DNA of 64,000 nucleotides, taken from assembly GCA_965637545.1 (NCBI GenBank), contig OZ281495.1:18352001-18416000 (forward strand), read 5' to 3'. The position numbers were made by a program, and so were the translations under genes. This DNA comes from Phallusia mammillata. Its lineage: Eukaryota. How positions within the stretch are numbered: the first letter of the stretch is position 1; every line of letters begins with the position of its first letter. The notes below the pieces were generated by a model, which searched no databases, was not told where the DNA came from, and was given only the letters and a program-made list of their open reading frames with translations. Shown here piece by piece: positions 39,801-50,333 of the stretch.

Positions 39801-42800
39801 AAAGTTTTGTAATCCCCAGTCCTAAGAAACGTGATAACACTTCCAAAATATTTGTTCATCATTACCGAACGGAACCAGTTGATGCGGGAGTCATGACAGG
39901 AACCCGGGCTATTTATACCAAATATATCCAAGGTGGTTTCGTAATTGTAACAGAATTCCCATTTGATTACCGTTCTACTTTGACGTACCTTCCACTACCC
40001 ATAACGTATGTTGAAAATGCTTTTTCATTCCGCTCTGGTCAACGCACTCTGCCACTTCATAAATCTGAAACTCCAAAAAGTTTGTCAATTCTTGAAGATT
40101 TCTCAGTTTCTTTGTCTGACGTTATAAGCAGTACATCGATACAGTTACTTGGTAAACTAGTATACAGTACACAATTGGCTTTTAGTACTAGAAAGACTAC
40201 CACCGGTATCCAAGCACTCTGGCTCAAATCCCACACCGAGATTTCTGACATAGTGATCCACAATACGTCTTTGGCTACAGAGAGGAAGAGCGCTTTTTAT
40301 GTTGTTTCCGGCGATGATATGTCGATGTTTACATACGAGTTAATCTCGAATATGAAAGATATTTCTACAGTTGTTTTTGTTACTACAAAAGAAACTATTG
40401 TAACTAAATCAGTTTTAACTTTCGAATCGTCTATTTTCGACACATCTAAAGAAAGCAAACTAATAACTACAACCACCAATACTGAAATATTTGATGAAAG
40501 TTTGAAATTTAGCAATTCATTTTCTTTTGAACTTAGTGCCCCCTTAAGCTCTAGTGTTATAAAAAAAACTAAATCAGTCACCTTGACGATGGTCCCGACA
40601 ACTTATTTTTCCATCTATACATCAAAAAAAAGGGAAACTAACAAATCCTTAACATCATCATTTTTTTATCCTGAAACTAGCAAGATTGCTATAACAGAAA
40701 AGCGTGCTTGGGAAGTCGAACATGTTTCTGTTGCTTATTTGAGCACTCTACAAACCGAAAAAACTACACCAGTGAAAACCGTATCGACATTAGAAACTTT
40801 TACTCCTTCAGTCGCTGAATTCGTTTCTGTTTCCTTTTTTGGCATTATATACAACGTACCTGGAAATTTAAGCACTATTTCAATTCATTTTACCATCCCG
40901 ACCATACCATCATATTCAAGCTTTCGTTTAAAAACGTACCATGAAGTTTGGACATTGTCTTTTATACAATTACCCACCAGCAAGACAACTACCAAAATAT
41001 TTAAGAGTTTAGGTGGGGGATCACCCTATGTAACAGTAAAAACAATTGTAACTGACGAAATTCATGTTACTACAAAAATGTTAAACAATACCCTGACGAT
41101 CCCTAGTAGCAAAGAACTTGTTACTACAACTTTTTTACAAACGAATATGTTTTCGACTTACATACATGCAACACCTGTATGGTTGAATACGGCGACTCTG
41201 GCGGATACATCGGGAATAAACTTAACAGTTGTTGATCGTTATGCCACTCCAAAGATTACAATCTTGCCAATACTATCTGACATTCATCTTTCAAGTCGGA
41301 ATTATTTTTTTGTTCAGTCAACATACACTACGTCTCCGGAGTATTTGTCATCAACTCCCTACTCAAATTTTACACTGGAGCAAGCGTTGTCACAAACTTA
41401 TGTTCGCCCAAGTTCGACCTTCACTGAGTTACCATCGCCCCTGTCAAAGACGTTGAGAACCCTTAGTTTCTTTAAATCGATGAAATCACTAAAACAAACT
41501 CTTCATACTACCACCAAAGACACACATTCGAAGGTTTTATCAGTTGCCAGTTTCATCGACGAGACAAAACTTAACAAGATGGTGTTGAAAACAGAAAAAC
41601 CTGTTGAAGGTCAATCGTTTTCAGTTTCAAACATTTTATCTTCAACCACTTCAAAAATGTTTTATCAAAAACCATTGTATGGGACAACAAGCAAAGTTGC
41701 AGTTTATCAGTCTCTAACAAAGGATGCTGGTTTAAGTGGAGTCAGTGAGTTCGCTTCATCAGTTTATGTTGCGGAAACAATTCGATCGTGGACACTTGAA
41801 GTCATTGCCGTTACTACAGTTCCAACCACGATCATTTCTCTCTCTAGTACTACAAAAGACATAAAATCTGTGTTGTCGATAAGAAGGGAAGAGTATGACA
41901 TAGGAACGTTTGTTGCGACAACCAACACAAACAACATATCTCGAACATTTTCGTTGCAAAGGTCTTTGCAAGGTCCAGGTACGCTGCCACGCACAGACGA
42001 GCAGAAAATATCTGCATACATCAGAGCATTCACGAAAGCCAGTGGGGCAAGGTTTTTTACCTCTATTGATATAGAAACAAGAAAATACGATAACGTAACT
42101 TTGTCAAAACCCATAGCATTTTATGGAGATGTAACATCTTTTTTTCCCCCTGGAAAATACTACAATAAAGCAAAAACAGTTACTGGTGCAACAGAATTTT
42201 TAATATCCGTTTTGGTTTCTAATTATTCAAGCTATGCAAAATATGCAAAAGGCTTAGAAACAAGCTCAAGTCCCAGTATTGTTACTAAAACGGTTTCGGA
42301 TTATATCACTGTTGCACAAACAACAAGACCGGTAACTTTTACTTCGAAGACTAATGTTAAATACAGCACGATTTCTTTGCAAATATTACCACTAACATCA
42401 GAAAGTTTTAGAGAAGGTATGATCTCTTATAAGACAGATTACAAGTTGGAAGAACTACAAACTGCAGCAATTTCTTCAACGCAGCTATTTACAAACATTG
42501 AAGGTCTTGGAGGTGTGACAAAATCGAAACCAGCGACAGTAAGTTTACAAGTTGTACAATTGTCATCAGAATTTCAACAACCAACTGCCAGATCACAAAG
42601 CGTTTTATCGCGTAAGACGATGACACCTCAAACATATTTCAATCCGTTTATGGCCACAACCTCATCTTTTAATTTATTTTTGCTGCTTCAAACCATTTCA
42701 AATGTTGTAGTTACCACCACATTACCAAAGACAAGCGATGTCAGCAATAGGTCCACCCCACTGATTTATTGGGTATATTTGCACGAAAAGGAAGATGACG

Positions 42801-45800
42801 CTTTGACAAAAACAAAAACAGTCAGTATTAGTCCGGATATCGCAGTGTTGCCTTCTGGCGATCAACGGACTCTAAATGTAAGCTACACACTTGTCCGACA
42901 GGAAAAAAACCTTTTTAAGACCAAAACCTGGACTAAATCCCTTTTATCAAAACCTGGGATGTCTAAGTCTGTCACAGCAACAGAGAAGAAAACTGATATA
43001 CACACTGAAAAATTATATTTTCAAGTTTTTGCGACGACTTTCGTTACAAAAGTGGAACCCTTCAAAACTGAACTGACAACAATATATTTGTTAGTCGGTT
43101 TAAAAACTCTTGCTGAAAAATTGTACAAACCAACGCTGGGGACGCAAATTCATAAAGAAACAAGCACTTTACTTTTATTGGAGTCCAAAGCAACAAAACC
43201 TTTTCTCACAGCCGTTGTCACAACAACAGCTGCAAAATACATTTTTGTTGCAGTTGTTGCACAAATCTCCACGAATCCTTATTTTCCTAAACATAAAACG
43301 GTTTCGCAAAAAACGTTGTTTAAAAGCCATCTATTAAAAACCACAGAACCATTTTTTCCAGAAGTTCAAGATTATCGCAACACCCCTTTTGAAACGTTAA
43401 CCAAGACGTTCTCTTATCAGCAGCTTTTAACATCTGAATTTACAACTACGGCACGAACGGTATACATTCGAGGCATTGACATTGGATCTATTAGAAATTT
43501 GTTGTATTCGACTGTACCTTCAAAAGGAACAATCGCAGAAAAGTCGTCACATATTATATCTACGACAGGCACAAGTCGAAGTGAAGTCTTAACAGAACTG
43601 ACAATTTTAAGTGAAGCTTCATTACCCTCCAAAACAATTGTTTTTCATGCAGAAACTGTTTCAGTTGTCCAATCCATCGCTAGCATCACTACAAGCAAAT
43701 ACCAACTAACTTTGACAAAAATAAAGACTAGAGAAACTCTTCGGCCAAATGTTCCTATATGTAAGCAACTAGCTTATGTACCGTAACCTGGTTGTGTTGT
43801 AGCAAACTATTATTTTTTTTTAAAGTACCAAGATGTCCTCTTGATGCTTGTCAAAACGGCGGAACTTGTGTTATGGACGGTTTTACAGATTTTTACTGTA
43901 TATGTCCTCCTGGTCTTGTAGGAAAAACATGTGAAATAGGTAATTCTTTTATTCGACATCCTATATGTGAAAAATATTTGCTATTCCTTTTTTAGACGAT
44001 GACGAGTGCTACTACATGAATGATTTCTGTGATCATTCATGTATTAACACCTTTGGTTCGTATGAGTGTTTATGCAGAAATGGATTTTACCTTGGAAAGG
44101 ATAAAACAACATGCATTGGTAGGATTTTAATGTTTAATGTACATGCACTAAATCAGACCGTGACAGACTAAAAATAAGGTCCAATAATCAACAACCAAGA
44201 ATAAAACTTGCAATTTTTAAATAATGGTTCATCAAACGATTTCTACCCTTAACGGTACGAATTGCATAAAACCCCTGACAAATGTGTTGTTAGTAAAAGT
44301 TTTGTAAACGTTAGATACGGACGAATGTTTGGACGAAACCTTAAACAAGTGTGCACATTACTGCAATAATACTGCTGGAAGTTATACTTGCTCTTGCCGC
44401 CGTGGACACACGCTGGGCGACGACGAACTTACATGCAAAGGTTGTTGTTGTTTTATAAAACAAGCATTACCGGCACAAAAAATAATACAAAATATTTTAG
44501 CTAACTTTCTATGACGGTTTTTATAACGTTTTGTCTGGTTGTTTTTGTTGGTGTATATTAATTCATAACAAACAAAAAATACTTAAATACTGCATTTAAA
44601 AAAAATCGTCCATAAAGTAACACTTAGGCTATAAGAACAAAAATTAATAGAACAAAACTTCTCCCCAATTTATTGTTTCATGAATATGTACAAAACATAT
44701 TTTTGTTTATGTTCAAATAGTTGTTGATTATTGTCGTTCCGACCCCTGCCAAAACAACGGTCTATGTCATTCACGTGAAGGACGATACTATTGTATTTGT
44801 CCCAGCGGATTTACAGGATTTCGATGTGAAGTCGGTACGTAAACTTGACGTATTTAAATATGGTTTGATTAACCTTTTTCTGCATAGATTTGTCGATTCC
44901 ATGCAGTAAAGGATGGAGAAAATTTCAGGGATTTTGTTATTTTTTTCCAAAAACAAAAAGACGAACATGGAAAGACGCAAATCGGTATTGCCGAAACAAT
45001 TACGGTGCTTCTCTAGTGAGCATTCACTCGACTAACGAGAGCAAGTATCTTGCAAGTAAGCAGCATGCAATATAAACGCAGAAAGATTACCTATAACCGA
45101 CGCAATTGAGGCGATCTCATGAAAGCTCGTTTAGAAGGGCGCTTGTGGGAACGAGTCCCGAGAATAGACACGACGGAAATACCTGACAAACACAACAATT
45201 ACGTTCTAAACCAGAGGTCACCAAACTATTTTCGCTGCGGGCCAGATAAGTATACAATGAATCGCGCGGACCGCATAGTTTACGTGGCCTGCGGCGTCTT
45301 TCCAAATTTAGCCCGCGAGGCGATTTTTATAAGGAAGACAAAATTTGGCCTTTCTACAATCCCATTTAAAATCGCCTGTTACGCTCTATTTCTATAGTCT
45401 TTATCATAAGAGCAATGCTTGTATATTACGTTACAAGTAACAAAAGAAGGCAATTGTTTGCGCACAATTAACACTTGTAGTCATGTCTGTGACGTAGCAA
45501 ACTGGCTCCGGATCCGGCCCACGGGCCGTAGTTTGCTGACCTGTGTTCTATCCGTTCTATATGTTGACCATTCATAGTAACATTCAAGAAAATATGAGAG
45601 ACTTTTTCCTGGAAAAGCTTGTCTATTCCGCTTCAACCTTATGCCCAAACCCAACCCGACTTACAACTTTAATTTGATGGGGCCGGCTTTTTAAGGCGGT
45701 TCAGATTTAGGCTGGTTTCGGACAGAGGTTTTTTTGAAAAAAAAACGAGCTTGTTTTATGTATCTATTCACAATCGGACACATTTGTGTCGTAATTTTAA

Positions 45801-48800
45801 CGTGGCAAATCTAACTTTCTTACGTTGTCGTTTTTGTGAAAAGGGATTCGGGCCAAATTTCGGTGTTTCACTTTTTTTCGCAAAAATGCCCGAATTTGTT
45901 GACGAAGAACCCTTTATTATACATAACAATCACTTGAAATGCGTCACAATAGGAGATTTTGCAGCACTTTGTGTTGTTTAATTCTCACAGTTTAAAACAG
46001 TGGTTCCCAACCGGGGTGCCGCGGCACCCTGGGGTGCCAATTGCAATGCTCAGGGGTGCCGCGAGATATTGATATTGCAATACTGGGACCGATTCTTTAT
46101 TTTGACTTTAACCCCATAAGTGCGGAATTTATTTATTTCTAACCGAGTTTCAGTGTGAGTTAAGTTTCGCGTCTCGCAGTTATTCCCAGCTCCGTTCTGG
46201 AGAGTCGCTTCGTGGGGAAGTCGCTGGCGGTAAGTAGATACTCCGCAGTAAGACTTAGGATTCTCGCCCAGGAAAAAAAAAACAGAGTGAAAGAGATTTC
46301 GACTCGTTGCGTTTCTTTCCATAAAAAAGTTTGAATAGCATAACGATGGAAATTTTAAGCTTATGCACAAGCAGATGCCCCTCGACGCGTTCTGGATAAA
46401 AATGTGAAATGGATATCCTTGCGTTGGAAAGAAAGCTACTGTGCTTTTGTTGCAGTTTTCCTCGTCATACCTATGTGGGAGTGGATTTTCCGTATTAACG
46501 AACATAAAAACTTGAAAACGAGAACGACTACTTATAGTCGAGGAAGAAATGCTGGTGGCTTTATCGAATATGCCTTCACATATTAATGGACTTTGTGCAA
46601 GAAGCCAAGCCCTAATTTCACACTGACTTTTAAATAAATACATTTATTTACGCGCGCTATACTGTACAATTCATTCTGTGTTGTTTTATACAGTTATTTG
46701 AAATACAGAAACCTATTAAAATTGATCCAGTTTTGCCAGGGTCCGCAAACTATTTATCTCTTTGATAGGGTGCCGCAAAGTCAAAAAGGTTGGGAACCAC
46801 TGGTTTAAAACATTGAAAACAAAAATTATAGTTGTCATTAAAACGTTTGATTCTCGCGGGCCTACAAAATTATCTCGCTGTGCACCATTGGCCCGCGTGC
46901 CTGCAGTTGGACCACGCTGGGCTAGAAGATAGCTTTTTTTCAATATAAACGATGATAAATTAGGAACATTATACCTAAACTTTAAAGCAATTTAATTAGA
47001 ATCATAATGACCGGAAAACTTGCGTACAAAGAATATATTTTGCAGACGTTTCAACAATCGCTATTATCATCATCTGTGCAAAACCAACATACACAAGTTA
47101 ATTTTGCTTAAAACATCCCAAATTTATAGCTCATGTAGTGTTGTTTATTTCAAAACGATTACGTGATTGGACACAACGTTTACGTGAAATGGGCATTTTT
47201 GCAGGAGTGCCACGAAAATGTTTTAAACTACTTTCATGTATCACAGGGTATTGGTCACTATCATGTCATTAACCCACCAAACTCATTCATAACGGACGTT
47301 GCAACATCCTGTAAACATACAAAATGTCCTAATTGAAAACAAATTATTGAAAAAAAGCAGTTGCTTAAGATTCCATAGCTAAACCGTTTTTATCATACCA
47401 TTTAGGTGGCCACATTTTTCGAAATCACCGTACTATACTTTATCAATGGACTGGTTTAAATGACAGAAGAAAAGAGAATAACTTTGTTTGGAGTGATGGC
47501 AGTCCTTTGGTAAGCACTGAATAAGCACATTTGTAAAACCAAGTGTATTGCAAAAAACTACATTGAAAATTGCAACACATATCATCCCTGAAGACATTTA
47601 CCAACTGGCGGGAAAATCAACCGAACCATCTATGGCGAGAGGATTGTGTTGTGATGATAAACCACCAGGGGGGTCGCTGGAATGATGTGATGTGCAATCA
47701 TCGGCTACATTTTACGTGCAAAGCTGTTCCAGGTCAGTTTATTTATCATGTCATGTTTTTGTTAATTCTAATTTTTTTGTTAATTATAAATTACACTTTC
47801 TTTGTGCAATTTGCAGTTGGTTGCAAACAATTTCCAAGAATACAAAATGCTGTGATGTTAAGTCCGCGACAAGCGTACGGTGTTGGACAACAAATTCGAT
47901 ACACATGCAAGAACGGCTTTGTGGCATTTAACGGAAGCGGTGTAGTTACATGTACCAAGCAAGGGGTGTTTTCTCAACCAACCTTTGTTTGCGTTGGTAA
48001 GTCGATTGCACATTGTCCCAAAATAAGTTCATATTTCGCGAGTTTATTTATTTTACCAGGTGCTTGTTCTGCTCCACCCCAAGTATCCAACGCATATGTA
48101 CCTAACGTACAGCATAGCTATGCTGTGGAATCAGTTGTAAAGTATGCATGTCGACCGGGTCTTCAAGCAACTGGTTTCCTGTTTATCTCTTGTCAGTCGA
48201 ACAGAAAATGGTCAAGGCCTCTTTTTAGCTGCAAAGGTTAGAACAAATAGTGCCTTGTCGTAAAGCTCCACAAAAACTAATGTGCTTGGTTTTCAGGAAC
48301 CTGTTCTGCACCACCAGAACTTGTAAACGCTCGTGTGCTAGGGAACGCGGTCACAAGTTACAATCCCGGCGGAACTGTTTCATATCAGTGCACTGGAGGT
48401 TTATCGCACGGTTTTGTTTTTATTATTAGCTGCCTACCTGGTGGAAATTGGGAATCGCCAAAGTATACTTGCCGAGGTAACAGTGACAATTGTACAATTA
48501 AAGTTGCAAATTCAAAGCGTGATTAACACCAGGTGGTTTTGATAAATTGTCAATTCCTAACAAATAATTGATCGGTTAAAGCTCACAACAACAGTTTTGT
48601 TATGTATATTTTTAAGGTACATGTCCAAATCCACCAGAAGTAGACAACGCACGTGTCGTGGAAAGTTTTCAAAATGATAATTACATTCCTGGAGAAAGCG
48701 TTTTGTACACCTGCCTGGAAGGTTTTTCGAAAAGCGGATTAAGCTCCAGACTTAAATGTTTACATGGTGGAATGTGGGAGTCTCCTAAATTTACTTGCCA

Positions 48801-49047
48801 TGGTAAGATTGCCGATACCGTTTTATGTACTCTATAGTTTTCAAATGTCTATATCTTAGGTGGCTGTGGACCGTTTCCCCAAGTTGCCAACGCTCAACCC
48901 ATCCCATTCTACAATCCTAATCGAGTTCCCATTAATGTATTGTATGTTTGCGATGATGGTTATGAAACGTCTGGTTTAACTATTATACGGTGTAAAAACG
49001 GCAGATGGACAACACCAAAACTTCTCTGCACTAAAAATGACTCATAG
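6416..49047 (+). CDS. Giant lectican-like (aggrecan/versican-type) extracellular proteoglycan: IgV - S/T-rich repeat region - EGF x4 - C-type lectin - CCP x5; multi-exon, true 5' end uncertain
   Basis: 15 exons joined by GT-AG introns with matching phases: 6416-6613, 6700-6839, 7032-43760, 43826-43939, 43996-44118, 44315-44440, 44721-44834, 44888-45055, 47406-47509, 47594-47732, 47817-47996, 48060-48236, 48297-48476, 48617-48802, 48860-49047 (TAG). Total 38,866 nt, about 12,954 aa plus leader. Domain motifs read directly from the translation. Confidence 0.88.
7032..43760 (+). CDS. Giant 36,729-nt exon, Ser/Thr-rich mucin/GAG-attachment region (12,243 codons)
   Basis: Stop-free ORF 6974-43786. 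Acceptor gatttgtag|ga at 7031 completes a Gly codon in phase 1 with the Ig exon. Donor ata t|gtaagc at 43761 is phase 1 and matches the EGF exon. Confidence 0.85.
9515..39345 (+). repeat. Coding tandem array, 687-bp/229-aa unit, 43 full units plus a partial 44th
   Basis: Unit start (act/acc aaa ccc att tca) recurs at 9515, 10202 ... 39056, exactly 687 apart. The antisense shadow ORFs recur with the same period. Unit is about 30% Ser+Thr (counted by hand). Confidence 0.97.
43826..43939 (+). CDS. EGF-like exon 1
   Basis: PRCPLDACQNGGTCVMDGFTDFYCICPPGLVGKTCEI, six-Cys EGF; phase 1-1; acceptor tttttaaag, donor g|gtaatt. Confidence 0.92.
43996..44118 (+). CDS. Calcium-binding EGF exon 2
   Basis: DDDECYYMNDFCDHSCINTFGSYECLCRNGFYLGKDKTTCI; D-x-D-E-C and C-x-N-x-x-G-S-Y-x-C motifs; phase 1-1. 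Confidence 0.92.
44315..44440 (+). CDS. Calcium-binding EGF exon 3
   Basis: DTDECLDETLNKCAHYCNNTAGSYTCSCRRGHTLGDDELTCK; acceptor cgttag; donor aag|gttgtt is weak. Confidence 0.88.
44721..44834 (+). CDS. EGF-like exon 4
   Basis: VVDYCRSDPCQNNGLCHSREGRYYCICPSGFTGFRCEV; acceptor aaatag, donor g|gtacgt. Confidence 0.92.
44888..45055 (+). CDS. C-type lectin domain exon a
   Basis: DLSIPCSKGWRKFQGFCYFFPKTKRRTWKDANRYCRNNYGASLVSIHSTNESKYLA; donor a|gtaagc, phase 1. Confidence 0.92.
45998..46802. mobile_element. hAT MITE inside the 2.35-kb lectin intron
   Basis: TIR cagtggttcccaacc / ggttgggaaccactg; exact 8-bp TSD gtttaaaa at 45990 and 46803. Confidence 0.88.
47406..47509 (+). CDS. C-type lectin domain exon b
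   Basis: ...YQWTGLNDRRKENNFVWSDGSPL| (WIGL-type and WSDG motifs); acceptor catttag, donor ttg|gtaagc, phase 0. Confidence 0.92.
47594..47732 (+). CDS. C-type lectin domain exon c
   Basis: TFTNWRENQPNHLWREDCVVMINHQGGRWNDVMCNHRLHFTCKAVP; acceptor ctgaag, donor g|gtcagt. Confidence 0.92.
47817..49047 (+). CDS. Five sushi/CCP exons (47817-47996, 48060-48236, 48297-48476, 48617-48802, 48860-49047)
   Basis: Each exon is phase 1 at its start and has the C..P...NA....Y.C..G.....C....(W/F)..P...C pattern. The last ends ...WTTPKLLCTKNDS* (TAG 49045-49047). Confidence 0.92.
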
Positions 49048-49562
49048 TAGTTTATATCTGATTGAGAAAACCAAATCATTTCTTAAAACAATTGCTCAGT
49101 CACGACCATTGTCTTCATGCTTGTTAAATACAATTATGCATCATTTCCGTCCTTTCGTTTGTTTAACCTGGACACATTGTTCTTGTGACGTTTATCTTTC
49201 ATTGGCTGACATGGCCTTTTTTAATAAGGAATTGAAAACCTTGAAACAGGCTGCGGTGATAGATTTGTAACAAAACCTGCATTTCGTCACTACCGACAAA
49301 GTTAGTAATATCCGATGTTGGGTTGAAAAAAATGTATGGACAACAACGGTTCCCAGACTGGAGTCCGCGGTCTCACGTGGGCCCGAAAAACACTTTTTGT
49401 GGATGAAGAGTTATTACAATCTTTTTTGAAATGGCATGTCATGCGACTGTCTCTGTGTAAATTTGCGAGTAGACACGAGTTTCCATTGTCTAGCTATGCT
49501 GCAATATTCTGTCACTAGAAACGAAAAAGCAGTGGCCTAAATCCATTGCATATATTGTAGAA

Positions 49563-50333
49563 CAGGCCTGTCAAACTCGAAGCCCTCCAATGCGGCCCAC
49601 GAACAGTCAACAACAATTGTAGTATTTTGTCAGATTTTTATCTAATTATACTAATTTTTTCTTATTTTTCAAGTTGAAAGCTATTATTTAAACAGACGTT
49701 TACCGAAATTTAATTATACATACAAATTCATGTGTTATGAATAGAAACGATAGTAATTAAACCGTTCTATAAAGTTTCAGTCAAGGATGTACAACCCGCA
49801 GCCGTACGGCCACATTAAAACATATGTACTGGCAGGCGTGTTGTAATTAAAACTCCTTTGCCAAAACTTTTGATTTTCAAACTGCCCTAAACAGATTTTC
49901 TGTTACTGAAAAGAGTATTACCAGCCTAGTAGCCATATGCGACTTTTTGTAGGCCTATTGTGTGCAAACAATGCCAAAAAACAGGTACGAAAAGCGTCAC
50001 AATATAGATTATGACGTAATAATAGAGTTAAAACTGCTGGTCTTCACATTGTGGAGCTTAATCTGTACATTAAGTTGGAAATTAATCTGGGCTTTTGGGG
50101 CGTCAATAGATGGTATGTATATATGATATAAACCTTTTTCTTGTAATTTTTAAACAAAAAACCAGCAGATAATTGGCGGCCGTTGGTGAAATAAGGATAT
50201 CCAATGCGACCGTCGTAGAGAAAAGGTTGTTTAAGTGTAGGCCTATAAAACTAAATTAAAAATCCAATGCGCCCCTCGGCATAATTCCCAAACTGCAATG
50301 TGGCCTGCGAACCCCACGAGTTTGACACCCCAG
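49563..50333. mobile_element. hAT MITE carrying a nested family-A copy (about 49782-50230)
   Basis: Ends caggcctgtcaaactcg / cgagtttgacaccccag; exact TSD ttgtagaa at 49555 and 50334; interior matches 3740-4659 (gcgtcacaatata..atgacgt, atagatggtat, ggcggccgttggtgaaataag). Confidence 0.8.

Noticed and set aside
43761-43786. ORF stop at 43786 as the protein end
   Set aside because: A gtaagc donor at 43761 splices in phase to the EGF exon; the stop is intronic.
46050-46643. 197-aa minus-strand ORF in the lectin intron
   Set aside because: It lies wholly within a MITE (45998-46802) and shows no transposase or other motif.
43826-49047. Selectin or complement-regulator gene
   Set aside because: Selectins run CTL-EGF-CCP-TM. 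Here EGF precedes the CTL, no spliced transmembrane exon exists, and the CTL sequence is lectican-like.
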